Below, piece after piece: positions 1 to 8,064 of a stretch of DNA of 64,000 bases. The notes below the pieces were generated by a model that was not told the origin of the DNA, searched no databases, and saw only the letters and a program-made list of their open reading frames with translations. Made by a program: the position numbers and the translations under genes. Positions within the stretch are counted from its first letter, which is position 1, and every line of letters starts with the position of its first letter. The stretch is taken from the NCBI GenBank assembly GCA_041166745.1, contig JBEEGH010000019.1, positions 37,594 to 101,593 of the forward strand. The letters are read 5' to 3'. This DNA is from Acidimicrobiaceae bacterium (GTDB taxonomy: Bacteria; Actinomycetota; Acidimicrobiia; Acidimicrobiales; JACDCH01).

Positions 1-192
1 ATGAATGCGAACCCCGTCGAGCTCGACGTAATTGTCGTCGTTGTCGCCTCGCGGGCAGATGACCGACACCCGATAGCCGGCGCCGACCAGGGTCTGGCAC
101 TCCTGCCACACGCGCCGGTCGAGAGGCACCGACATGTTCTGCACGATGATCAGGACGTGCGGCCCGCCCGCTCGCGCTGAACGATTGGTCAA
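1..192 (-). CDS. glycosyltransferase family 4-like protein, N-terminal fragment (gene continues past the left edge)
   Basis: Own minus-strand translation from TTG 192: (L)[63 protein letters not shown]. This resembles the first beta-alpha-beta of GT-B/GT4 enzymes. The TTG overlaps the upstream stop as TTGA (189-192). Too short to appear in the ORF track. Confidence 0.55.
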   Translation of the reverse strand, partial: MTNRSARAGGPHVLIIVQNMSVPLDRRVWQECQTLVGAGYRVSVICPRGDNDDNYVELDGVRIH

Positions 193-1733
193 TGAACAGC
201 TTCAGGAACGGCTTCGGGCAGGAGCGGTATCGCCTGCTCGATCTCGACTCGGGGTGAACGGTGGACGGCCCGGAAGATCGTCCGCAGGCCCCGATCGGCG
301 ACCGCGGGAAGCGTGTCGATCACGATGGCGAGGTCGAGTAGCAGCGTCCAGTTCTCGACGTAGAAGAGGTCGAGCCGGCGGTAGGCGTCGAACGACGGCT
401 TGTCGCGCGCTTCGACCTGCCACAGTCCCGTGACCCCCGGGCGCACCCGGAGCCGACCGAGCAACTCGTCGTCGAACTCGGCGACCTCGTCGGGCAGCGC
501 CGGACGGGGGCCGACGAGGCTCATGTCGCCGCGCAGGACGTCGATCAGCTGCGGGATCTCGTCGAGGCTCGTGGAGCGCAGGAACGACCCGACGCGCGTC
601 ACCCGCGGATCAGATTCCGTCTTGAACAGCGGGCCGACCCGCTCGTTGAGATGCTGCACCTCGAGCCGTCGCGACTCGGCGTCGACACTCATCGTTCGCA
701 ACTTGTGAACGGTGATCTCCTTGCCGTTGCGGCCGACCCGGACCTGGCGGAAGAACACCGGACCGCGGTCGTGGAGCTTGATGGCCAGCGCGGCGAGGAG
801 CAGCGCGGGCGAGGTGATGAGCAACAGCACGGCGGACAAGACGATGTCCATCGCGCGCTTGACCGCAAGCTGCCAGGTGGACAGCGTCGCCGGCTCGACA
901 TAGAGGAACGGCTCGTGGCCGAGGGGGACCGCGCGGAGGCGGCGGTAGTTCACCCCGAACAAGCCGCTGGACAGGTGCACGTGCACGCCCGAAGCGGTGA
1001 GGTCGCGTGTCGTCTCGTTGAGTTCGTTGGTACTGAGCCCGTTCGCGATCACGATCGCGCCCGACGACTGCGTGGACGAGACGGCGATGCGGGCGTTGCG
1101 GGCCGCACCGAGCCACGGCACTCCGAGCTCGGGGTCGCAGTTCGACCCGACTACGGCGGTCGTCTCGTATCCGAGCTCTGGGTTGGCGGTGAGGAACTCG
1201 TAGAACTCACTGACCTCGGCGCCCGCGCCCACCAGGACCACTCGACGCATGAATCGACCTTGGCCGCGGGCTTTGCCGAGCCAGAAATCGAACCCGTATC
1301 GGCCCGTTGCGGTTGCCGCGAGAGCGAGAATCGCGCCGAGCGCGGGGAGCGAGAAGCTCGGATTGGCCTCGAACCTCGAGGTCAGGACGAGGGCGACGCA
1401 CCCCGAACCGATCGCCGCCCAGCACAGTCGGGTGTACGCGACGACCCGCATCGTCGTGATCCTCGTGAGATAGAGGCCTTGGAGCGACGCAAACACCATG
1501 CCGCTCGCGACGATCGCCGCGAGCTCGGCGAGCCGGCCGAGCATCGGCGTACCGGTCGACGCGCCGTGGAACGCGAACCAGGCGACGGACCAGCCGACGA
1601 GAAAGCCGGCGAGGTCGCAAGCTTGGAGCACCCGGCGCAGCGACAATGCGCGGCGATCGGGCAGATTTGCCGCTTCGCGGAGCGTGGCGGTTCGTGTCTT
1701 CACTTCTTCGAGATCGCGCACTAGAGCCGACAT
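189..1733 (-). CDS. polyprenyl-phosphate glycosyl-1-phosphate transferase (bacterial sugar transferase, WbaP/CpsE-like initiating enzyme)
   Basis: The ORF 189..1754 has N-terminal hydrophobic segments. Its C-terminal block is [12 protein letters not shown]...[43 protein letters not shown], typical of the Bac_transf family. The track start at 1754 is GTG. I prefer ATG 1733, which lies 5 nt after GGTGGAG. Confidence 0.9.
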   Translation of the reverse strand: MSALVRDLEEVKTRTATLREAANLPDRRALSLRRVLQACDLAGFLVGWSVAWFAFHGASTGTPMLGRLAELAAIVASGMVFASLQGLYLTRITTMRVVAYTRLCWAAIGSGCVALVLTSRFEANPSFSLPALGAILALAATATGRYGFDFWLGKARGQGRFMRRVVLVGAGAEVSEFYEFLTANPELGYETTAVVGSNCDPELGVPWLGAARNARIAVSSTQSSGAIVIANGLSTNELNETTRDLTASGVHVHLSSGLFGVNYRRLRAVPLGHEPFLYVEPATLSTWQLAVKRAMDIVLSAVLLLITSPALLLAALAIKLHDRGPVFFRQVRVGRNGKEITVHKLRTMSVDAESRRLEVQHLNERVGPLFKTESDPRVTRVGSFLRSTSLDEIPQLIDVLRGDMSLVGPRPALPDEVAEFDDELLGRLRVRPGVTGLWQVEARDKPSFDAYRRLDLFYVENWTLLLDLAIVIDTLPAVADRGLRTIFRAVHRSPRVEIEQAIPLLPEAVPEAVH

Positions 1734-1965
1734 CTGGTCTCCACCCTTGGGCACGGCGGGGTCTTACCGACCACGCACTGCGTTCGACTTCGCCGCGCCA
1801 GCCCCACAACCCTACAAGGACGAGGCCATTTCGGAGAATGAGTCGAACGGCCCAGTGGACAATTCAGACAATCGTCACTCTCTGGCAACGCGCTGGGTAG
1901 TCGTCACGGATAGTAGCGGTCCGCCCCCTTTGCCCGATTCGGGCGCGGCCTAGACCCGCGGCTGG

Positions 1966-3414
1966 TCAGCTGCCCGGAGGCGGGACGATCGACTTCAGTT
2001 CGAGATAGTGCTCGAGACCCTCACGCCCGAACTCACGACCGAGTCCGGAGCCCTTGTAGCCGCCGAACGGGGCGATGAAATCCATCGTGTAGTGGTTGAT
2101 GCCGTACGTGCCGGTGCGAACACGACGGGCGATGTCGAGCCCGGCATCGATGTCGGCGGTCCACACCGATCCGGCGAGGCCGTAGTCCGAATCGTTGGCG
2201 ATGCGGACGGCGTCGTCGACGTCGTCGAAGGGGATGACGGCCAGCACCGGCCCGAAGATCTCCTCCTGGGCGATGCGCATGTCGTTCGTGACCCCCGAGA
2301 AGACGGTGGGCTGGACGTACCACCCTTTGTCGAGGCCCGTGGGGCGACCATTGCCGCCGACGACGACCGTGGCGCCCTCTTCTTGTCCGAGGGCGATGTA
2401 CTTCTCGACTCGCTCCTGCTGCCGCTCGGCGACCAGCGGGCCGATCTCGGTCGCGGGATCCTCCGGATCGCCCACAGCGAGTCCGCCCACCATGGCGGCC
2501 AGCGCGTCCACGACCTCGCTGTAGCGCTCCTTGCTGGCGAGGATCCGCGTCTGCGCGACGCAGGCTTGGCCGTTGTTCATGAGCGACGCGAACTTCAATC
2601 CCTCGATCGTGGCGGGAAGGTCGGCGTCGTCGAGGATGATCGCGGCGGATTTCCCGCCGAGCTCGAGGGTGCAGCGCTTGAGCTGCTCGCCGCAGATGCT
2701 GGCGATCTTGCGACCGGCGGCGGTCGATCCGGTGAATGCGATCTTGTCGACGCCCGGGTGACGCACGAGGTGCTCACCGACTTCGCGACCGGCGGGCACG
2801 ATGCTCACGACGCCCTTCGGAACGCCGGCTTGCTCGAGCAGCTCTGCCATGAAGAAGGCGTCGAGCGGGGTCTCGGGCGACGGCTTGATCACGATGGAGC
2901 AGCCCGCCAGCAACGCCGGAGCCAGCTTCGACATCGTGACGAACTGCGGGACGTTCCACGGGACGATCGCGCCGACGACGCCAACGCCCTCGTGGCGCAC
3001 GATCACATCGCCGCCGAGCACGCCGGCGCGGCGCTCCTCCCAGGGAAAGTCCGCGGCGATCTGCAGGAAGGCCGTGAGCATCATCCATGGTGCGGGTGAT
3101 TGGGCCAGCTGCGAGAACGTGATGGGCGAGCCCATCTCCTCGGTGACGATGGCGGCCATCTCCATCATCTGAGCGGCGTAGATGTTGCTGAAGTTCAGGA
3201 CGATCTCGGCCCGCTCGGCCGGATCCATTCGCGACCAGTCGCCGTTGTCGAAGGCGTCGCGGGCCGCGGCAACGGCACGGTCGATGTCGGTCTCGGTGCC
3301 TTCGGGCACCCGCCCGACCAGCTCTTCGCTGTGAGGCGAGATCACCTCGATCGTGTCGGTCCCGGCCGGGGCCACCCACTCACCACCGATGAACAACTTC
3401 TCGTGAGTCCGCAT
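1966..3414 (-). CDS. NAD(P)-dependent aldehyde dehydrogenase
   Basis: 482 aa. ALDH motifs are present: FTGSTAAGRKI, ELGGKSAAIILDDADL, NNGQACVAQTRIL, EEIFGPV. Confidence 0.9.
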   Translation of the reverse strand: MRTHEKLFIGGEWVAPAGTDTIEVISPHSEELVGRVPEGTETDIDRAVAAARDAFDNGDWSRMDPAERAEIVLNFSNIYAAQMMEMAAIVTEEMGSPITFSQLAQSPAPWMMLTAFLQIAADFPWEERRAGVLGGDVIVRHEGVGVVGAIVPWNVPQFVTMSKLAPALLAGCSIVIKPSPETPLDAFFMAELLEQAGVPKGVVSIVPAGREVGEHLVRHPGVDKIAFTGSTAAGRKIASICGEQLKRCTLELGGKSAAIILDDADLPATIEGLKFASLMNNGQACVAQTRILASKERYSEVVDALAAMVGGLAVGDPEDPATEIGPLVAERQQERVEKYIALGQEEGATVVVGGNGRPTGLDKGWYVQPTVFSGVTNDMRIAQEEIFGPVLAVIPFDDVDDAVRIANDSDYGLAGSVWTADIDAGLDIARRVRTGTYGINHYTMDFIAPFGGYKGSGLGREFGREGLEHYLELKSIVPPPGS

Positions 3415-3451
3415 GACGCCGGACGTTAGCCGTGGACGTTTGTGCGGTAGT

Positions 3452-3472
3452 AACCGGAGAATTCTTCCGGTT
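3452..3472. promoter_or_regulatory. imperfect palindrome AACCGGAGAATTCTTCCGGTT in the ALDH / tRNA-Cys intergenic region
   Basis: Read directly: 7 Watson-Crick pairs plus one G-T around a GAATTC centre, 38 nt upstream of the ALDH start codon. Confidence 0.25.
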
Positions 3473-3577
3473 GAGACGGGAAGAACGACTGGTCGCGTTC
3501 AGGTTCTGGCGCCTCGTGGCCCCTCATACGGTGGTCACCAAGCGCAAGAACACCGTGCGAGTACCGTTGCCCGTTCT

Positions 3578-3652
3578 GGCGGCGTGGCCGAGTGGTTTAG
3601 GCAAGGGCCTGCAAAGCCCTGTACACCGGTTCGATTCCGGTCGCCGCCTCCA
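3578..3652 (+). tRNA. tRNA-Cys (anticodon GCA)
   Basis: Folded by eye. Acceptor GGCGGCG/CGCCGCC, anticodon arm AGGGC-CTGCAAA-GCCCT, T arm ACCGG-TTCGATT-CCGGT, discriminator U73 (the Cys identity element), encoded CCA. Confidence 0.9.
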
Positions 3653-3723
3653 AGGAGTTCTCCCTGGTCACGTGCGGTGCACAGGGCTTTGTCTCGCTTC
3701 GCTCGTAAAGACGCCATCCCGCG
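3608..3723 (+). repeat. direct repeat copy 1 (attL-like): tRNA-Cys 3' part from the anticodon loop plus about 70 nt downstream
   Basis: 3608-3723 aligns with 6361-6476 at a constant offset of 2753 nt. The two blocks 3608-3652 and 3656-3705 are identical. Differences are confined to 3653-3655 and 3706-3712. Confidence 0.85.
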
Positions 3724-3999
3724 CCCATCCCGCGGTCCGAAATCTCGCCACCGCGCGTTCGCCACTGTTCGTTGTCCTTCCTCAGCGGTCGGAGTCTCAG
3801 CCACGCGCTGCGGTGTCACGAATCCGGCGATCAGGGTTACCCAACCACGGGAGTGGCGCCGGGAACTGCACCCGTCATCAGAGGACCGCCGGCATGGCGC
3901 CGTAACGTCGGAAACCGTGGCGTTCTTAGACACTCCGCTACCGGACATGGGCGCCGCAGCAGCTGAGGCTTGGGGTATTCACAACTGGTCGCCCCAGCG

Positions 4000-4977
4000 A
4001 TGAAGGAGCCCGAGGCGGAGACGCACTGGCTCGACCAGCACCGCGACCCGACGGAGGCTGCCGTCGTCTGGTCTCTGGCTGCCCAAGTCGCCGTTCAGCA
4101 CGGCGGTGATCTCCGCGGGATGCGGCGGGCTCTCGGGATCTCGAACGCGACCTGGGTCGGTGGTGGCCTTGCCGTGCGGATCGCGAACACGTCAGTCGTC
4201 GACGGGATGGTCGCCGAGGTCGCGCTCGTGCGAGCTCTGCCGCCCGAGGTCGGCCACCCAAAGATCCTCGGGGTTGGCACGATCGAGGGTCATGACTGGA
4301 TCGTGACCGAGGAGGTTCGAGGTCAGAACCTGCACGAGGCGTGGCCCGCGCTGACACCCGAGGAGCGGCGTCGAGCGATCCGTCAGCTGTGGGCGCGCGT
4401 GCGGGTCGTGCACGACGCCACGCCCTCGCTCCGTCTGCTCGTCGGATCGCAATCGGGGTTCATACCAACACCGGATGACGCCACGGCGGCGGCCGTTCGC
4501 GTCAGTGCTGCGTTGGGTCTGCCGGATGTGCAGCGGTCGCGGTTCCACGAGATCATCGGCGACTACTACCGAGCAGCGCCTGTCGTCGAGCAGGTCGTCA
4601 ACCACGGCGACCTCGCGGTGATGAACGCGCTGTGGGATGGCGAGGTGGTCGCGCTCCTCGACTTCGAGTTCGCCGTGTTGGGTCCGGTGGAGATCGACCT
4701 ATGCCGGTTGGTGTGCGAGGCCCTCGTGTCCGAGGATGGGCAGCGGTCCGACAACGACGCCGGCGCGGCCGCGTTCGCCATCGCAGCTCGTGAACGGGAT
4801 CCAGTCCACGGTCGCGCGCTGCTCCTGGGCGCCGCGGTGCTCGACCAGCTCCGCGATCTCGAGATCTGGCTCGGCCGCGACCGGACCGAGGACCGGTTCG
4901 AAGATTGGCGCCCGGATCGGCTGCTCACCGGCTTGCTCGAGACCGACGGCGGCTACCTCGAACCCGCGCTGACCTGA
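4000..4977 (+). CDS. phosphotransferase, aminoglycoside/choline kinase (APH) fold
   Basis: Contains a Brenner-type catalytic loop VNHGDLAVMNALW followed by LLDFEFAVLGPVEIDL. The ORF track starts at TTG 3970; ATG 4000 (MKEPEAE) is preferred. Confidence 0.7.
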   Translation: MKEPEAETHWLDQHRDPTEAAVVWSLAAQVAVQHGGDLRGMRRALGISNATWVGGGLAVRIANTSVVDGMVAEVALVRALPPEVGHPKILGVGTIEGHDWIVTEEVRGQNLHEAWPALTPEERRRAIRQLWARVRVVHDATPSLRLLVGSQSGFIPTPDDATAAAVRVSAALGLPDVQRSRFHEIIGDYYRAAPVVEQVVNHGDLAVMNALWDGEVVALLDFEFAVLGPVEIDLCRLVCEALVSEDGQRSDNDAGAAAFAIAARERDPVHGRALLLGAAVLDQLRDLEIWLGRDRTEDRFEDWRPDRLLTGLLETDGGYLEPALT

Positions 4978-5020
4978 GTCGCAGGTCCTCCGTCGGGCGC
5001 GGCGACCTTGAGCAGGTGGG

Positions 5021-5390
5021 TCACCAGCGCGGTAGCGAACGTCGTAGCGAGGCTCTCTCCCGCTGCTGTGAGGCGCTTCGAGATCGAAGCCATCCGTCAG
5101 TCCTTCGTGAGATCAATGAAGGGCAGCGGAGGCTGCGAGGCGTCGGTGTGGCGAGGCGCTCGTCGCATCGTACGCGGGGTGGTGACAACAACGCCTCGAC
5201 GTACCGGTGCACGGCGACGAGTGGCACCCCGCGCCGCCCGCCCGATGTGCACGACCTGTAGCTCGCCGCCGGCGATCAGCTCGTACGCCTTCGTCCGCCC
5301 GACCCCGAGCATCGTCGCCGCCTCGACGACGGTCAGCAGGAGCCGCTCGCGCTCCTCGACCTCCGCGACATGATCCATCGCGGTATCCAC
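5021..5390 (-). pseudogene. excisionase-family (HTH_17 / MerR-like) DNA-binding protein, apparently frameshifted
   Basis: Frame A reads LLTVVEAATMLGVGRTKAYELIAGGELQVVHIGRAAR, then turns into an Arg-rich tail. The expected continuation VPLVAVHRYVEALL sits in the adjacent frame (ORF 5021..5227). The switch is at the C-run 5227-5230 (GGGG on the coding strand). Confidence 0.55.
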
Positions 5391-5475
5391 GTACGCTCGC
5401 GAGCCCGAAAGCGCGACGCGTTTCTGAAAGCCCGATCAGCGCGCGCTCAGCGACCGCTCGAAGAAGCACACAGAC

Positions 5476-6294
5476 TTGCCGTTAACGCAAAGCGCTAACG
5501 GCTCCTACGCTCAGCCTGTGCTCGGACGGCAACCCGAACGCGCCTCAGCGCCCGACGGCTGGTTCTGCGTATACGACCTGAGCCGCGATACCGCGCACAT
5601 AGCGCAGGTGCAGAAGGCAAGCCGCGAGAGCGAGGAGTTCGGTTTTCCGACACGGCCGGCCTTGTTTGGCTCACGCAAGTGGTGGCGCCTCATCGAACGA
5701 GGCGAGCTGCCCTCTCACACGCTCGAAGGCACAATCGCGGATGTCTACTGGGCGAGCATGGCCGATTACGCCGAGTTCAAACTCCGAGCTGTTGACGGTA
5801 CGGAACACGCGCTGGCTCGTCAGGGAGACATCCGTCGATATGTCGCCGGGCTGGGAGTTCGTGTGCGCCGCGTGGAGCTTGAGCGCAAGCCGGCACAGGT
5901 GGAGAAGTTCCTGGGGGAGCGGGTTCGACCGGTCGTCCTGTCGATCATCCTCGAGGTGAGCAACCAGCGCTCACCAGCTGTAGCGCCGGGACCAGGTGGT
6001 GCCGGTTACGAGATCGCGGGCGGGGCTGGGACACACGTTCACTACTTCCGGCTCCCGTCTGAGTCCAGCGCCGAGCAGATTGCGCGTATTGCGGACTCGA
6101 GCAGCCAACGCGTGCGGACCTGGAATGACGAGACGACCGGTGTCGCGTGGGCCATCGTCGGACTGCGAGGGGGCGATGAACTCGTCGCGGCACTTCGCTC
6201 TGAAGCTGAGCACCTTCGCGGAAGCTACGACGGATACGAGATCGTGCCGGACGCGGGTGAGACCCCGGTCGCGTTCGGTCCAGACTCTGTGTGA
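5476..6294 (+). CDS. hypothetical protein (islet cargo)
   Basis: 272-aa ORF with protein-like, non-Arg-biased composition and no motif I recognise. The true start is uncertain: the TTG at 5476 lies inside the palindrome, and GTG 5521 is possible. Confidence 0.5.
   Translation: MPLTQSANGSYAQPVLGRQPERASAPDGWFCVYDLSRDTAHIAQVQKASRESEEFGFPTRPALFGSRKWWRLIERGELPSHTLEGTIADVYWASMADYAEFKLRAVDGTEHALARQGDIRRYVAGLGVRVRRVELERKPAQVEKFLGERVRPVVLSIILEVSNQRSPAVAPGPGGAGYEIAGGAGTHVHYFRLPSESSAEQIARIADSSSQRVRTWNDETTGVAWAIVGLRGGDELVAALRSEAEHLRGSYDGYEIVPDAGETPVAFGPDSV
5478..5502. promoter_or_regulatory. 25-nt near-perfect palindrome GCCGTTAACGCAAAGCGCTAACGGC in the divergent xis-like / hypothetical intergenic region
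   Basis: Read directly: 10 of 11 symmetric pairs match. It lies 88 nt from the xis-like start and at the nominal TTG start of ORF 5476. Confidence 0.35.
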
Positions 6295-6360
6295 GTCGTT
6301 CCATCCCGCGTCCATCCCGCGGTCGCAGTGATTCGCGGGTGTTCGCCGACGTCCGCGCAC

Positions 6361-6476
6361 CCTGCAAAGCCCTGTACACCGGTTCGATTCCGGTCGCCGC
6401 CTCCATCAAGTTCTCCCTGGTCACGTGCGGTGCACAGGGCTTTGTCTCGCTTCGCTCGCGTACCCGCCATCCCGCG
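6361..6476 (+). repeat. direct repeat copy 2 (attR-like): truncated tRNA-Cys 3' part plus downstream sequence
   Basis: Contains CCTGCAAAGCCCTGTACACCGGTTCGATTCCGGTCGCCGCCTCCA without the tRNA 5' half. See copy 1. Confidence 0.85.
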
Positions 6477-6484
6477 GCTCGGAG

Positions 6485-6871
6485 CTACTTGGTGAACTCG
6501 GCATGGAGCAGACGCCCGGTTGCCGCGTCGATCGTGCAGTCGTAACTCCACGCCAGCGCGCGCAGACTCCCGTCATCACGCCACTCGACTCCGTAGAAGC
6601 ACTTTGCTGCAGTCTCGGACGGGACGAGCTCGGCACGCCACCGGACATCACCGCTCGGCGTCAGGCGCAGCAGATTGAAAAACGGATGCCAGGGCTCGAC
6701 GCCCTCCGGTCGCCGTTCGGGGTTGAGTAGCACGATGGCATCGTCGCTGCCGTTGACCGCCAGGAGCACTGAGACAGTGGCACCTCGGTCGACAGTTCCG
6801 GTCCACAGGGTCTTTCCGTCGCAGTTCGCGGCTGCGAGACCTGCGTCGGTCGTCCAGCTGACCTCACCCAT
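6485..6871 (-). CDS. hypothetical protein
   Basis: 128-aa ORF with balanced composition (MGEVSWTTDAGLAAANCDGKTLWTG...). It starts 18 nt after the stop of the upstream small ORF. Confidence 0.5.
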   Translation of the reverse strand: MGEVSWTTDAGLAAANCDGKTLWTGTVDRGATVSVLLAVNGSDDAIVLLNPERRPEGVEPWHPFFNLLRLTPSGDVRWRAELVPSETAAKCFYGVEWRDDGSLRALAWSYDCTIDAATGRLLHAEFTK

Positions 6872-6889
6872 GCCGCGACACGGTCGTTG

Positions 6890-7174
6890 TCACGAGGGCG
6901 CATGGTCTGTAAGGGACACCCAGCCTCCCTCCGCACCATCCCACGCGGCCTGTGCGGCATGCACGAGTGCCCAGGCATCCCCGACGCCGAGGTACGGGTC
7001 GAGACGCGTCACGGGCGCTCGAGTTACATGACGGCCCTCAGGCGATTCGATTTCGTAACGGAACCGGCCGAATCTTCCGCGGGACACGACCCGCAAACGC
7101 ATCCCGCCCGGCGAGCCGCTATCGACCATTGCCTGCATCGTGCCCGATCTGGTGTCGCGATGCGGGCGTGCCAT
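6890..7174 (-). CDS. hypothetical protein
   Basis: 94-aa ORF co-directional with its neighbours. No recognisable motif and the start is uncertain. Confidence 0.35.
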   Translation of the reverse strand: MARPHRDTRSGTMQAMVDSGSPGGMRLRVVSRGRFGRFRYEIESPEGRHVTRAPVTRLDPYLGVGDAWALVHAAQAAWDGAEGGWVSLTDHAPS

Positions 7175-7232
7175 GAAGACGCCCTGATGGGCTCCCGGCG
7201 ATTGGAGGCTGTTCGCTGCGGGTCAACCGCCG

Positions 7233-7919
7233 TCAGGTTGGCGGAGAACCGGGAAGCGTCCCGGTGGTCGAGACCATGGCGTAGCGGATGAAGGCCGATT
7301 CGTGGTGGAAGTCCTTGCGCCGTTGCCGGGCGATCGCCTGCGGATGACCTGCGTGTGCATCGGCGTAGGCGTAGGCGGCCGCCGCTTCATCGCTGCTCCA
7401 CATGGACACCGTCGCCATGAACGGCCGGCGGGCCGGGCGCGTAGCGGCGGTGCCCCACACGAATCCGTCGGCTTTGATGGCCGCTCGCTCGGCCGGCCTA
7501 CTGGCTCGGAGGAAACGAAGCGACTGGCTCATCCGTAGCCGACCGAGCGTCGTGACGATCACGGGTCCGTCGTGCTGCGTCACCCTTGTACGCGGCACGG
7601 CGTCCGGCAGACCAGGCCACGTACCGAACGCCCGTAGAGGACGCAGCACGGCGTGGAACCCGTCGTGCGCGAAGCACCGGTGGAGCGGATGCGTGTCCGC
7701 GAATGCCGCGGCGGCCTTCTCGTCGTCCCACATCGCGAGCAGCACGGCCCGACGCAGTCCCGGCGGGCGTTTGCTCGACAACGGAACGGTTGCTGCGATG
7801 TCAAGCCATCGCAAGCCGGGAACGTCGAGAGGTGTCGGCCGGCGCCGGAGGGCTCGGAGGGTCGAGCGGATGCCGATGTCGGCGACGTCGAGCGTGGCGA
7901 TCATCGGACCATCATCCAT
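7233..7919 (-). CDS. hypothetical protein with two ABM/dimeric alpha-beta-barrel-like halves (CrtA spheroidene-monooxygenase-like)
   Basis: A repeated half pattern is visible: AVLLAMWDDEKAAAAFADTHPLH and ATVSMWSSDEAAAAYAYADAHAGH. The start is chosen at ATG 7919 (MDDGPMIATL); 7949 and 7904 are alternatives. The upstream part of the 296-aa track ORF is Arg/Pro-rich. Confidence 0.5.
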   Translation of the reverse strand: MDDGPMIATLDVADIGIRSTLRALRRRPTPLDVPGLRWLDIAATVPLSSKRPPGLRRAVLLAMWDDEKAAAAFADTHPLHRCFAHDGFHAVLRPLRAFGTWPGLPDAVPRTRVTQHDGPVIVTTLGRLRMSQSLRFLRASRPAERAAIKADGFVWGTAATRPARRPFMATVSMWSSDEAAAAYAYADAHAGHPQAIARQRRKDFHHESAFIRYAMVSTTGTLPGSPPT

Positions 7920-8064
7920 CGACGAAGGATTCTTGCCGAGTTTTCTCATCGTGACGCATGACGGCAGCTCTGGCGCGCCGGCGAACCTGAGGCAATAGGG
8001 GTTGCGGACGGGTGGTGCTGCGCGGCAGGGTGCCCCTCCGACCACCTCACTCCAGGGAGCTTCC

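Larger units (their letters stand above)
3608..6476. mobile_element. small integrase-less islet (CIME-like remnant) inserted at the 3' end of tRNA-Cys
   Basis: Bounded by the 116-bp direct repeat that includes the tRNA 3' half. Cargo is an APH-fold kinase, a frameshifted excisionase-type HTH and one hypothetical gene. No recombinase ORF lies between the repeats. Confidence 0.6.

Noticed and set aside
4953-5093. 46-codon minus-strand ORF (MASISKRLTAAGESLATTFATALVTHLLKVAAPDGG...) 3 nt after the xis-like frame-A stop
   Set aside because: It has a plausible GAAGGA upstream. However, it is short, overlaps the convergent APH gene 3' end by 25 nt, has lower third-position GC than neighbours and shows no recognisable motif. 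The evidence is insufficient to call it.
3706-6360. Search for an integrase or transposase inside the tRNA-Cys islet
   Set aside because: No ORF in any frame shows tyrosine-recombinase (R...HxxR...Y) or serine-recombinase or DDE-like motifs. The long alternative-frame ORFs here are Arg/Pro-rich shadows.
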